A stretch of 56,535 nucleotides of DNA, counting the filler, from Sphacelaria rigidula (taxonomy: Eukaryota), in NCBI GenBank assembly GCA_964200075.2. It is 5 parts of 5 records of this genome, joined end to end, with 100 filler letters (N's around TTAATTAATTAA, not from the genome) between each part and the next. Parts side by side here need not be neighbours in the genome. Positions count along the whole stretch, not along the records: positions 22,657 to 33,883 come from CAXNAA020005207.1; positions 33,984 to 45,209 come from CAXNAA020005208.1; 3 more parts are not named here. The stretch is one strand, 5' to 3'. The notes beneath the pieces were generated by a model, which did no database searches, was not told where the DNA came from, and was given only the letters and a program-made list of their open reading frames with translations. Every line of letters starts with the position of its first letter. Position 1 is the first letter of the stretch. Of the stretch, positions 25,181 to 38,779 are shown piece by piece. Made by a program: the position numbers and the translations under genes.

Positions 25181-28100
25181 TGGTTTCAGGCAATGGTGAC
25201 CGAACCATGAGGCGCTTCATGTACGAGCGCACACGCAAACTCTCTTTTCCTGCACAAGCTTATACCCCGCAACCTACAGGTTTCATCGACGGTACAAGTC
25301 AACCCACTGTGGCGGATGCGCTCTCTCTGGTAACGTTATACACTGCACAGAGAACGCATAGCGTTTTCATGCACACTCGATCTGATGTACTGTGTGCTTT
25401 TTCACCCACGGGCGGTTCTCGGATAATAAAGCCGCTCACACGTTCCCTGTTTGGATACGCCCCTCACGGGCCCGTATTTTTTTCAACGCCCTGCGACCGC
25501 CCCTGCCCACAGTCTGTCGATCCTGTAGCAACCGAATCGACCGACATGTGTCTCAACACACGCCGATTCATGTTTGCAGATAAGGAGTACGCGGGCTATT
25601 TCAATCGCCGCCGCTGCGCAGACGATTCTTCTTTTCTCCAACACGGAGCGTTGATCCACCATGCGCACCGAATTATATCGATGCGACATGATGAACTAGG
25701 ATTGAGGATGTTGTATGTACACGGGCATGATTGAACGCGGCGAGGTGCGAGGCTCATTCTACTTTTACACAAGCTCTCGACTCTGTACTATTTTCACTTT
25801 CACACGGCACCAGGGCACACTACAGTTTGATTAGCGCCCCACCAACACGCACTACAGTACATACTTGATATCTAGAAGGCCTCGTGCCTTTCGCGTTGAA
25901 ATATTGTTCCAAATTGAAGTACTGACCACAGTACAGCACTGTCCGAGTTCTAAATGGTCTCGGCGGGCAATATGTTGCGGAAGGCGAGGTACCGTGGTGT
26001 AGCATACGTTGGTACTGCTGCCCTATCTGCACGAAATCATCTATATTGCATTGTAGATATAAACACGGCGCGGATATAGCGGGTGTCGGGTGTTCTTCGA
26101 GTAATACGAACGAATTGACGTCGGTACAGCACCATTGACCCGACCGTCCTCTACCCCACGCGAAGATCATATGTACTGTAGTGTGCTACCGTGCATTTTG
26201 CTGTCTGGTGCTTCGTACGTCGCTGTCTGTACTGTCCTACACATTTGTATTACGGTTGTGCTTGTACATTTATTAACTGTCTACCTTCACAATGATACGT
26301 CATCAAGACCCCACCTCGACAATTTTCAGTGAACTAGGCGGTGCTGTTATATGAGTATCGCCAGCTGCGCTGATATTGCCTCTGGAATACGATACGGCAT
26401 CCGACAGTTGTGTTCTTTTCTCTCAACCTCAACATGTTCTCACAACAGAACTGAGCGGTTTGACGTTGCGGTTCGCTGCGTCCCACACGTATATCCCTTC
26501 ATGGCATGCAGGTTTGTCCAATGCGCTGTTGCGCTGAGTCACTGTATGTCTGTTGATTGTGACACCTTTCGTTCTCTTCCTTTGTCTCTTTGCTGCTACA
26601 CTTTGTCCACCAACACACACACATACGGTTTGTTGTGTGCCTTCGATTTTGTTTTTTCCTTTCGTCTGCACCTGATGAAAAAGGTGATAGACCGCTACAT
26701 GTGCGGAGTGCGCTGACCTACATGTCGATCGAAAACTGTCGGCAGTACCCTGCCACTCTATTTCGTTTATTTCTGTTCGCTCCGCCTCAGTCCTCAACAA
26801 CTGTGCTTTCTCCCACGACGAAACGTTCACTTTTCAACCCCCGCATCTCTACGTCAACCATCTGGCGCAATTGCGCACGTGTGCAACCCATTTCTGATAT
26901 CAACCGCCCTTCGACTTCATCGGAGCACGATGTCACGAAGGACGTTACACTCCCTACAGACAGTGGTGACCGACCGTACAAATCAATCACGCGTAGAGAG
27001 ACGAGTGATAAAAAAACGAACCAGAACGTTGTGATGTTGATGGAGCGTCGTTGCAGGACGTATTTTCAGGGACGTGAGTGTGGATGCTCACCCTGACCCC
27101 GTTGGTGCCCACTCCCCTGTACACCAACCAGCCACTCAAAGCGCTGACGGTGTTCCCACTCTTCTTTCTAAGATGGCACTGCTCCACGTGAGCCCTAATG
27201 CTACGGAAACCTTCACTGACGATGACCTCCTCACCCCACCAGGGCGGTACCCACACAACACCGATGCTCACCTCACAACTTGACAACCTTTTGGGAACGT
27301 TCTACAAGTTCCGGAGATTCCAAATAGCATCCAGTGGGGTGACCCAGGACGCGTTGCTTAGCCCAAAACCTAAGCCCCGCCACCTGCCTGTTTATATTTC
27401 TACTTCTGTGTTCATTTCTCATTAGTTGGTACAATCCGACAACTAGAAATAAACAGTGACCGGATATTCACTGCAGAAGTATCCAACAATTTTATGTCAA
27501 CCATTCTTTTTTTCGCTCGGCTAGGTCACACACATCGCACGCACGAATCAGCGGTGGCCACCGCGGGTTCAACCATGTGGTGAGGGTTCCCTGGATATTA
27601 CGCTAACACTGCCTTGAAGGGTTCCACGACAGTCGAAGCCCGTGCACCGTTGCATGGCTATCAATTGAGCAGTGACCAAACCCAACGTTTTAACCCTGGA
27701 TTTGATCACCCAGTTTTACATTCATCAGGTACTAATCATATTCAATCGAATCTCCTCCCTTCAAAGGAGAGGAAGTCATGTAGTGCAGTCTCACGCATCA
27801 GGAGCCGAAATATCTTCTGGTACGATAGACACTGCTGCTCCGACCGTTCATCGGAGAACACAAAAATTCGAAGCCACACACTCAAGCACCTCCCAACTGC
27901 TCAAGTGCCCAGCTAACCACCCTACCGAGTTCCGCAAAAACTACGGTACCCGGTTCCCTTTCATTTGATGAGCGTATTTATTCCTTGAAGGGTCGCAACC
28001 GCAAAGAACCCAAGCTTTCCGTCGCTCAGCGGGTTGGAATGGAACCCCAAGTGACAGCGACTCAGGTGGTGCGCCAAGAGCGTGACCTAGGTTCGACTGT

Positions 28101-28799
28101 CCGAGAGCTCATTTCAACAGCTCCTGAAGACGCCGACCCTTTCGTGCGCTACACGCGTCACCAGAGACGGGCTTCCCCAGATGATCATGTACATAACCCA
28201 GATGTAGCAAGCGCATGTGAACTCCAAGGAAGAGATTGCGTGTGGGCTCAAACAGATGAAAACTTTCGCGTGGAACAGGCCGGTACTCTCCAGATTTCGA
28301 ACAGATCGTTACTGCTTCCTGACCACCCCGCGTGCACTACGTTAGAACCCATTTCCGATGAAGCGTTGCCGCCTGTAGGGACAGAGACTTCGCCGACTCA
28401 TGGACGTTCGCATCCTAGTCATGAAGGCACCTCAATCGTGTGTTCGTCACCAGGCTAACAAAGTGTTACGCAAGACGACTCGTCTCCTAACTCGCCCACG
28501 TTGGCCCCATTAATAGACGCCGGGTTGGACAGTACAGCTTCACCAACCCCGCGTCCTGACGAATCGTCTCCAAAACCTCCCATGTTGGCCCTAACTAGTG
28601 ATGGTATTGAGTTGATTGGCGTATCAAACTCAACACCACGCCCCGATAAATTGTCCCCCGTTCTGGCCAAGCTGGATAATGCAATTGATCCCGCTTTGCA
28701 CATTGACGATTCGCCCCCTCTGTTGGCTAATAAGGGTGAAACACCACGCACATATCAGTTATCGGGTCCAACCACGACAAACTGCCCTTCCCCGGCATC

Positions 28800-31700
28800 G
28801 CCCCTCCGTTGCAGTATATAAGGTTCAACCCTCAACTGATAAGACAAATATTTCAGGCACAAACACGGACACTCCCTGCACGCACCATCCTTCCGACCAA
28901 ACGCTTGTCCCACAGGATCATCAACGGGTGTATTTCAGCACCTTCGTCCAAACCGCAAAGCAGGATGTGTCAGATGTCTTACCCGAATTTGGGCCCGATC
29001 TCGTCAGTGGTATTGCAACTATGGATTATGCTTCTTTTACGACCAAGATAGGTTTACATAGTGGAGCGCGTGCAAACTGTCATTTGATAGCTCTTGCACT
29101 ACCAGACTCTGGTTCACCTCAAACGTTCATTACAGCCAGCTGCTGGCAACAGATGATCAACGCGGGCGCGGCGGATAAGCAATGTCTATCCACCGTGCAC
29201 CCTCGTGTGTTTGGTGGGTTTGATTCCTCCACATCTCTTACGGTCAATCAATCGGTGAGACTAAGTGTACAATTCTACCAGGATACTACTCCCACTGCTC
29301 GGTTGTCCGTATGGGCACTAATAGTGCCCGACGGTTCCATGTCTTTTGAGGTTTTGTTGGGTCGAGGTAGTTGGCTTCGTTTTTCCACACATATGTATAC
29401 GACGGACACACCTGTCCCGAACCGTCCAGTCACAGGCAAACTGTCACTGGGTCACTTCGATAATGATTCGGGAGCTCATGCTTATGAGGATGGCCTCACC
29501 AAAACAGGTAATGCTTTCCGTCTGTACTATGTTGGTTAACCGGCAATCTCGCTTTCTCGTAAACCCCAACTAATCCAAGTGAACCTCGTGAGGCTCAATG
29601 GATCGCCCGCCCTCACAGGACATTATTTGGTCGAATTGCTCAAACCTGACCAAGCACAGGTTGATCTGTTTGAACATACCGAAAGCTTTGTCCACGAAGG
29701 TAGGCAGGCCATTTACCTCACGTCCCCTGCATGTTTCGATATACTCAACGATCAGTTGTTGGGTTACGCTCAAGCGCCTCTCATACGAACCGCCCTGTCA
29801 GATGTGTGCCCTCCGGCGAATAACAACTCGGCGACCGACCCCCCAAAATCCACGGGCCCCCCTCCACTACACATGCCTGACCCCACGGTGGTGACATATC
29901 CACCGGATGCGCCTGACCCTCAACCCCCAACTGCATTACTGGATAGATTTTCTGCAGAACAACGTGCCAGTTTCCAAAAGTTGTGGGATGAGATTCCCCC
30001 TCACTTAGGGCATATTGTTTTTGATCTATCTGGCGATGGTTGGGCACCCACTATAATCGATAGATTGAGATCCATCTTGATTAGATACTCTGAACGGTTT
30101 TCTACTGCACACTTAGATTTAGGTCGATGTACCACGACACCGTTTAAGATCAAGATTCCTGATGGCACTCCGCCTATCGCTATGCGTCCGTACCGTACGA
30201 ACCCCCTCTAAGCGAATAAGACCAAGGTAAATCTCGATGGTTACTTATCCGCCGGTTGAATTCGCCATTCGACGTCTCCGTGGGCCTCGCCTTCAGTAGT
30301 CGTCCGTAAGAAGAATGGCAAAATCAGACTGACAGTCAATCATCAACGATTGAACGCTGTCACCAAACTCGCCCGGCTGCCACTTTCACGGATTGATGAA
30401 GTTATTGACTCTCTTGGCGGGGGTAAAGTATTTTCGAACTATGACATGCAGTCCGGCTACCACCAGTTTGTGATGGATCCAAATTCCATTGAACTGACAG
30501 CGTTTTGCACGCCATCAGGTGTATAGGAGTGGCTGGTTACACCATAAGGTGCCGCCGGAGCTCCAGGTGCGTTTCAACGTGTGATGTTCCGTGTAACTGA
30601 TGGATTGCCCAAATGCCATATGTACCTTGATGATGCGGTGTGCCACGACTCCACACCGGCTCAACACGTCGAACAGTTGGCATCATTCTTCAATCGGTTT
30701 GAACAACACAACTTGGAACTAGCACCCCCCAAATCCCGCATTGGCGCCACGGAGATTGAGTTCTTGGGTCATTGCATCACCCCCGAAGGTCGTAGCCCAA
30801 ACCTCGACAAGGTCGCCGCACTCTCTGATATGCTCATGCCACGGGACATTTCTCAATGTATTCCTTGTTGGAACGTCTAAGATACTACAGGCAGTACTTG
30901 CCAAACCTTGCCCAAGCGCTAAAACCCCTAACCACCCTCCTCAAAAAAGGGGTGAAATTTGTGTTCACATTGGAAATGGAAAAAACCGCCCGCCGTCTTC
31001 TTGACACCCTTTCGCGCCCACCGATTCTCGTCTTTCCCGACTGGTCGGCCGCGGAGCAGGGTTCCCGACCTTTCCGGCTCCACACAGATTCTTCCAAAAC
31101 TGGGTTTGGCCGCACATTAGAACAGGAGGAAGTCGAAGCTACTGTTCGTCCCATTGTCTATCTGAGTCGCACCACTTTTCCGAATGAACAGAAATGGTCT
31201 GTCATGGAACAAGAGGCGGGCGCAGTTGTTTGGGGCGTGCAACGTCTGCGTCAGTATTTGTATGACATCCAGTTTGTGATATATACCGACCGCAAGTCTT
31301 TCGAAAGCCTTGCCAAAATGGCGGAACACAACGCTAGGGTCCAACGCTGGTTCGAATCCTGTCGTCCTACAACTTTCAACTGAAGTACCGTACAGGTCCC
31401 CAGAATGCAAACGCCGACTTTCTGTCACGCTTGCCCACACCAGCTCAACCTATCGATGAATCCCCCATGGGACGTATCACCGATCCCGCCGAAGACATTG
31501 TATATTTCATAAGCAGGAATGGACATAAAGGCCTCTACACACCACTTGCACTGAGAGAAACGCCGGCTTTAGGCATGGGTGGGCTGACGACCACAGCCCA
31601 CGCATCAGTTCTAGACAGCTTGCAACCTCAATCGTTGTACTCAGTTTGGAATGGACTGTCTACGAATACTGTTGGCTATACTTATTTTCGTGCAACTGGC

Positions 31701-33883
31701 CACCGCATGGTTTTCGCAGCAGGTGTAGAACCGTCCTTCGCTGACTCCGTCCTACCAGTTCGAGTTCGAGATTTGATTTTGAGTAGGACTCGCGGACGGC
31801 GAACCGCCGAAACGGCCAGTAAATTCGCCGTATCTGGTCCTGACCTTCCCCTCCCTGCTCCCACCCCGGTCCTCGATAGTTTCCTTGCGCCCCCGCAGCC
31901 TCCGCGACGCAAGGCCCCAAAAAAATCGACCACGATCGTCCCGCCCCTGCCAACCATAGCCGAAACCACGGCTGTGCCCCCCTCCAGTGGTGATGATATT
32001 GCCAACTCCACCACAACACCCTCCACGCTAATCGACGCAGGAGTAGACGTTAGCGTTCTGTCTGAGAGTGCACCAACTGGTAGGCTCACCCTTGATTCCG
32101 AAATCAGCGCTTCGTGCCAACCCCGCCCCGAACCGACCCAATACGAAATTGACGCTTCAACATATGGTGTATTCAAGGAACGTTTGACTCTCTTCTCCCA
32201 CGCCGGTTGGGCCCGGGAACAACAGGCAGAACCTGCTTGTAAATCAGCTATCCATTATCGATCTAAGGGTTGTCCATGTCCATTCTTGGAAACCGAACTC
32301 CTTCTGCCAGTCGGTAATCTCAAAGCGCCCATACAGGATGAAGTTACTGAACCTTCAAGGAAAGGTATGCTACACACGGATGATGATGGTATAGTTCTGT
32401 TAGTTCGCCGGCCCACAGCAGCCCTCCCCAGGGGGAAGCCTACAAGTCGACATGCTCGCTTGCTAGGTGCTGAACCCATCCGCATCTCTGTCCCGATGCT
32501 CCTGCACCCATGGGTTCTACACGAATGCCATTCAGGCATCGAGTCATTTGGGCGCCATTAGGACCTCCCAGATGTTGGAACGGTTTTATTGATGGATTTG
32601 TATGGATAAGTGTTGTCGTTGGTAGGTGAGGCGTCATCGTTTGTGTCATGCGCGAAAACATTCTCGTCAAATAGTTCGTTGGCCGATTGTTTCCATGCCA
32701 CTCCCAAACGGGCCTGGTGAAGTAGTTTCGTGGGACTATTTTGGTTCTTTGCCCCTGACGGATAGTGGAAATAAGTATATTTTGTTGTTTACGGATAGAT
32801 TTAGTCGACATGCGATGAAGCACGCCGTCTTCCCCAGTAGTTATACCGCGGAAGGTACCGCCAACATTCTTGCCTACATGTACATTCCACTATGGGGTGT
32901 GCCCAAACGCTTACTGTGTGACAACGACTCGCATTTTTCAGACAAACTTTCAGCTGCCGTCAGTGACCTTTTGGGTGCCCATCGCATTTTTATTAGTTCA
33001 TATCACTCTCCCACCAATGGTGGAACGGAACGAGTGAACCATACGATGGCAAAGATGCTTGCTGCTGTAGCGAATGAGAAACAGATGGACTGGGATCTGC
33101 ACCTGCCCCTTGTCAAGATGAACTACAACAATTCAGTCAATGCCGCTACGGGGTTGTCGCCGAATGTAATTCATATTGGACGCATGCCTAGGTTACCTTT
33201 AACGGTATTCGAACGCAAAAACACAGGTGGACATCAGAGTCTGGATCGTGATGTTGCAGAGTACCATTTGTCGGTTAGCAATCCTGTTCGTCTTGCATAT
33301 GAAGTGGTACTAGAACAGAACCAAATCCACTTGGCCAAGGTGGCCAGGGCGAACTCGATGTTGGATGATGTGGTGCATAACCGCCCAGTGTGGAAGGTAG
33401 GCCAATGGGCATGGGTGTCTAACGATGTGAAGACCATCAATCAAGGGGCTAGCTCGAAATCATCATCTTTGGATAAGTGTTGAAGGCGAACCTATCCTTG
33501 AATTGGACTGGTCCTTGTGAAATTTTAGCTGTTGGTCCAAGCGCTACCGCACCCGACAAGAGTCCGGTGGGAGCGAAACGTTTGTATTTAGATTTTCCGA
33601 CGGAGGAACCTGGTTTGAAACCGCGTCTCGATGCTACGATGCAAACCGTGTATCTCTCCTTATGACTCCTCTGGCATGCCCAAACAACTGCCGGTAGGGC
33701 TTAGCCAGTATGTATGCGATCAAAACTCCGCCGGGTCGAGGACGCGGACGCACCCCTGGAACGCGTTGAGGTAGATAGGATTTCGAGTCATCAACTGGTT
33801 CGCGGTCGTGGAGGTAAGATAGCGGTAATGTATCAAACACATTGGAAGGGTATCATGCGTGTTACATGGGAGCGTGAGGTTGA
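28800..33883 (+). mobile_element. Degenerate Ty3/Gypsy LTR retrotransposon pol with chromodomain
   Basis: Order PR (ALPDSGSPQTFI) - RT (PYRTNP, SPWASP, YLDD ~30623, IEFLGH) - RNase H (LHTDSSKTGFG, EQEAGAVVW, YTDRK) - integrase (WDYFG, TDRFSR, CDN, NGGTERVN, WTGP) - chromodomain (VDRISSHQLVRGRGG..MYQTHWKG...TWE). Multiple stops and frameshifts; cut by the linker. A decayed gag probably lies in ~26300-28800. Confidence 0.95.
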
Positions 33884-33983
33884 NNNNNNNNNNNNNNNNN
33901 NNNNNNNNNNNNNNNNNNNNNNNNNNNTTAATTAATTAANNNNNNNNNNNNNNNNNNNNNNNNNNNNNNNNNNNNNNNNNNNN
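33884..33983. other. Artificial linker 3
   Basis: N44-TTAATTAATTAA-N44. Confidence 0.98.
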
Positions 33984-34199
33984 GTGATGTGGTGTCTCTG
34001 GTCACACGTCTAGTCGAAGTAACAATTGCGCACGCCCCCCCCTCCCCCCCCTCCTCCTCGACCATTGCAATCCCTCGGATGTCTCCAAACGGTCAGCCTA
34101 TGAAAATGTTCCGAGGCGACGCTCGCTGCCTAAAGGTTAATCCTTCGGGAACCCTCCACTTCCGTCCTCCGGCCAGACGCCTCATTATTTGAAACCCTG

Positions 34200-34330
34200 A
34201 CGGAGAAAAGATGAGAGCAGAACAGACCGACAGCCATGTTCACGGCAGAAGGCCACAGAAGAATACAGCAGCATACGTTGTACGCGCAACAAAAATGTCA
34301 CCCCGGTGCGGTCGAAACAATTCTGTCCAG
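34200..34330. repeat. Dispersed repeat fragment shared with ~52020-52110
   Basis: gcagcatacgttgtacgcgcaacaaaaatgtcaccccggt versus gcagccgtcgtgcgcgaacaaaaaatgtcaccccagt. Confidence 0.55.
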
Positions 34331-34649
34331 GGAGGAGAGGCAGCGGGTCAAGTATGCTCAAGTTTGTGCACACAGTCAGAATTAGCACTTCCGTGCCTGA
34401 AGTCTACACGAACGATAGTCGGCACCACCTGTCTATTTTCTAGATACTAAGTCTCGTGCTGCACTGGGGCACATTTGAATACGGGTCTGAAAAGCACGCC
34501 TCGGGCCGATAGCCTACCGTGAAAGCTGTTGAAACTCAATCACATGTCGTTCAAAAAACAGCACCTCGAAATCCACACTTTTCCATCGCCAGTGTCAAAA
34601 GGCTTAATACCCGATTATTTCCTCTGTTGAAGTTTTAGATGGATTGGGT

Positions 34650-35356
34650 GCGACAGTTGGGTTCAGTACTTGGGTATGAAGTCAGTACTCCGCCGACAAA
34701 ATGGGTAAGTGATCTTAGCAATATCGGGTAGAAAAGTATCACCTGGGTATAATATCAATACTCTACCTAAATAGTGGATACGATGGAGGGCTGGGTACTA
34801 GACCAGCACACTGGCGATGCTACTGATACTGTCAATGTGCTGGTACTATCTAAAGAACAGCCACTACTGGCAGCACTTTCTTATTTTCGCACGTCCCACT
34901 CTAGCGCCCCGTTTTTCAACCGAAACCCATCTAATTGCACCGCACGTAAAGCCGAATCGCATTTTTCGTTCTAGGGTAACCATATCGCGTGAGCTGAAAA
35001 TCGTGTGAAAATGTGCCTCCGGCGGGGCTTCGCCGCCGATCGAAGGTATTGGCAGGATCCAGTATACTGGCTGGCTGCGCCAGTACTCAGACCCGGTAAG
35101 ATGAGCTTGATGCCAATCCTCCACGTATAAATTAGGTAGGTAGTATCAGCAATACCCGGGTAAAAAGTATCCCTCGGGTATGTACCCAACACTGGATTCA
35201 AATATTGAATATTGGGTAGCGTTGAGTATGATTTCAATGCTCTACTCAGACTTTAGGCAATTTCATCACGATCTCAATACTCGTATTCTTGTTGGTTTTA
35301 CATGTGTAACTTTTGAAAATACCCGAGTACAGGGTGTATCCCACCCGATCTGTCCT
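34650..35356. mobile_element. Degenerate MITE-like element with internal direct repeats
   Basis: Left gacagttgggt..gtacttgggtat versus right atacccgagtac..acccgatctgtc (inverted). Direct repeat agcaata..gggta.aaaagtatc at ~34717 and ~35148. Confidence 0.45.
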
Positions 35357-37682
35357 TGAAATGACGCTGTAGGCGGAGGGTGGCTTTCTGAAGGAGTGGA
35401 GTCTCGTTCATTACTCAAGCCAGTATCGCTCATTACTCAAGCCGAAGAACAGGTAGAGAGCGAATCATCCTTCATGTACTGTGTCATGCCGTGGTACCAT
35501 AAGGTGGTACAATGTGGTACACTCCATCATCACAGTTCACAGTGATGGCGTTTGTTGATATGACGGCTTAGTTCTCCAAGAACAGTACAGTGTGCGAAAA
35601 GAGAAGAGCAGGAGTGCAGTGTCGTACACCACCCTGCAAGTACAATGACGACAGACCCTAGGATGGTACAGCACCGTTCGCTACCATGATAATTACGGCA
35701 GTGCAGTGCATACTACCATCGCCGCAGAGTACGGCGGCATTTGTTTTATCCATCCTCTAACGGAGCCTGTTCCCATCGCCCCAGGTACCAATCCTCTTAC
35801 TCATTTTCTGTCAAAATCCGTGCGCGTTACCTCAGCCGCGAAGGTCCTGCAACAGCTGACGCAGGTGGGCACGGCGTGCACTGTCACGAGACTGTCTGGT
35901 GCTGCGGTTTTAAAAATATCAAGCGTCTCTTACTCTATCACCGTAGGTCACTGAACGGACGTCAACTTCATACAGACAGGGGTGCGCAGTCCGCGTAAAA
36001 GTCGAGAAATTATAATTTGTGCTCGCCCGATCTGGGTCATATGTGCACCGGTAATGAACAAAATACAAATCTGACCGGTCTACATCTGCGCACGTTTCCA
36101 GAATCGTGTCATGATGATGACTGGTCGTACGCCACATCTTGTGCGGATGCGAAAACTTGAAAAATTGCATACTTTGAAAGAATACCTAAATATCACGCTA
36201 CCATTCCTTATGGGGCAATTTTCATGAGATTTATCAGGAACAAATCCAAACGGAACGCCCGCACGCATGGGTATTTTGAAAGTATTCCGATGTTTTTCCG
36301 GCCCGATTGGATAATGCTTTTTAACCGCATGACGACTGAGCCATAAGAGTGGCAAAATGGGGTGCTTATGTCAAAATATCCCAATTTTGAAACGTTTATG
36401 CAGAAGGCATGTACTGGACAGCACTACACTGCACCGCACTGCACTGCACCGTACAGTATGAACATCGCGTTTTTATCAAAAGGGCAGGCCATCCGATATT
36501 TCAACTGGATATTTGTCCACCTGAACAATTTCCACACAATTGAAATCCCACGCAAAAATTCTCTGCACCCGGGATACGGCATGGCCGTAGACACGGAAAA
36601 TATACACAATCCAGACATACATTGTGTACGCAGAATCCTGTGTTGCCATGGGCATGCGCTTGAGTCGACATCAACCAACCCACTCGACACGAACGCGATG
36701 CCCGCACCAGCCTGGTGACCACACCACACCGGTTTCTTCGTTTCTTGCGAACCTCGACTGGATTCCACATTCGCTCAGGTAGTATCACCTGACCCTGATA
36801 ATATTGCGCCGTTCCTTTGAACCCACGCATGCTTATCGCACGGAATGAGATGGGCAGGGCTCAGACGTCCTGAGCTGACTCATACACATGCCTACGCCCA
36901 AACAGTAAGTGTTCTGAAAGGATTTATCTGTACTTCACTCGCAGAAATATCGGAGAAAGTTCTATCCACCCCTGCACGAAACGACGCTTCCTCCCAAGAT
37001 ACGGACTCGAACCTTTCTTTTTGTTGGCTCCACTTTTGTTCTGGGCTTCTCTTTGCTGTTTATGTGCAGCTGTGATCGACACTTTTATGAATGTCAGCAG
37101 TCAGCAGTCATAAACTTGTACAAGATCAGGGGTAATGAGTACGAGAGTAGTGGAATGGACCAGGCCAGGGTTCAAACCACAACGTCTTGAGGGAGGGAGT
37201 TGATGAAGTCAATATGGAGCTTGTGCGAGAGGAAGCTGACATGTTGACGTTCACAGTAGCGCTTTGACCTCCAGCATCCTGTCGGGACATTTTCGACGGC
37301 TGACAGTCCAGGTTTTCAATGTTTTGGCCGGGGAGGCGTGCAGGTTCCCTGACCGTCAGCGAATGCTTCCCAGATCAAGCGTGCGTTTCTCCAGGAAAGT
37401 TCTGGGCGGCCAAGGGCCGGAAAATCGTTTTGATAGTTCTGATTTGTAGGATGATCCAAGGTTTTTCACACGAACAAGAAGCTCTCACATGACTATACGG
37501 CACCCGCCGGCAACCGCCTCACACGACCAATCATGACCGGCAAGATGGAGATGTGACTAGGACATGTGTTCACCCTGGTCATGTACGCAATACACGGCGG
37601 GTTTTACAGTTGGTGAAAGCGCTCGAATCAGTGCATTTCAACTGTACGTCATCGGGTGACCGCTACTCTTGTGCGTCAAAAG

Positions 37683-37823
37683 GTGTACGCGGCTGATGAG
37701 CGATATGGGTTGTCGCATGACAACATCTGCGTGGACGGAAGTGGCGAAAACAAGAAGTGTGAATACTTGGTGATGCACATCACTGATCACGCCACCCTGG
37801 AGGAGACGCCTGAGAGACCGGAG
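37683..37823 (+). CDS. M14 zinc carboxypeptidase exon (first one identified; upstream exons not located)
   Basis: aag|GTG...GAG|gtgtgt, 47 codons ending MHITDHATLEETPERPE, which joins in frame to VFFSGALHGNE. Confidence 0.8.
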
Positions 37824-38779
37824 GTGTGTACGTACTTCGAGTGTGTCATGGGCCATTGTGTGTATGTATGCTGTAACCCTTCCACTGCGAGTCTCGTCTC
37901 GGAACGGTATTTTCGTCGACAGTCCCCTGAACCAGGGGGGGGTGGGGGGTATACCTTTCCGAAATGGCGGAGCATGTTCGAGGACCCACGGAACAGTCCA
38001 GGACACGTAGAGTGAACACCTTTTTAATCAAACAAGGAATGAGTGCCTGTGCAATGCGGCTAATGTGGAATGTCTTGTAAGTAACCTGTATTTGACCGTT
38101 TACCTGACGACTGGTAGCCTATTCAAGCACACAGCAGAGGAGCTTCTACTACGTAGACTTGGTTCACTGCCCGTATCGCCTGCCGAGATAACTCCACACG
38201 CGTGATATAAAACTGGTTGCTGATTGCAGTCAGGCAGCAGCAGTAGCAGTAGCAATAACACTAGCAGCAGAGACTGCGTGTAGTGAAGAGCGTTGAGGCG
38301 AACCGCATGTCCAATTGTGTTTCACGTTTTGTTTCACGTCAGTCCTCGTTTGTCTTGCTGAAAGCGGTGTTAGACGTTGACGAGGACTGGTAGGTCTCAT
38401 GCACCCTAAAGTGCACGTGCGTGTCGTGGGCTATATTGTGGACCGCATCATCCCTGCAAAGATGAAAGAGTCGCCGATGGTACAAGCAGTGCTATTGGGA
38501 TGTTCATAATAAACCTAGAAAAAGCCGTGTTTTTCCTCCTTATAATTTCCGTTGGGCTCATTTCACCGCAGCAAATAGAAGAGTGAAGCGAGGCACCGAG
38601 CGCAACTCACAGTTTAGCGCCACTCGTAGCTTCTTCAGAGCAACGTGCTTAACGCTAATACTGTAGAGTGTTGCTGATGATGGTGGTGGATCCATGCCTG
38701 AAGGAAACTAGTGCACCGCGGGTACGGACCCACCGGGGTGTATGTACAAAGAATATCATAGGTTTTCCACGCGTGCGTG

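Noticed and set aside
37070..37131. Candidate upstream carboxypeptidase exon after a strong polypyrimidine acceptor
   Set aside because: The one open frame shows no M14 similarity and ends out of phase with the exon at 37683.
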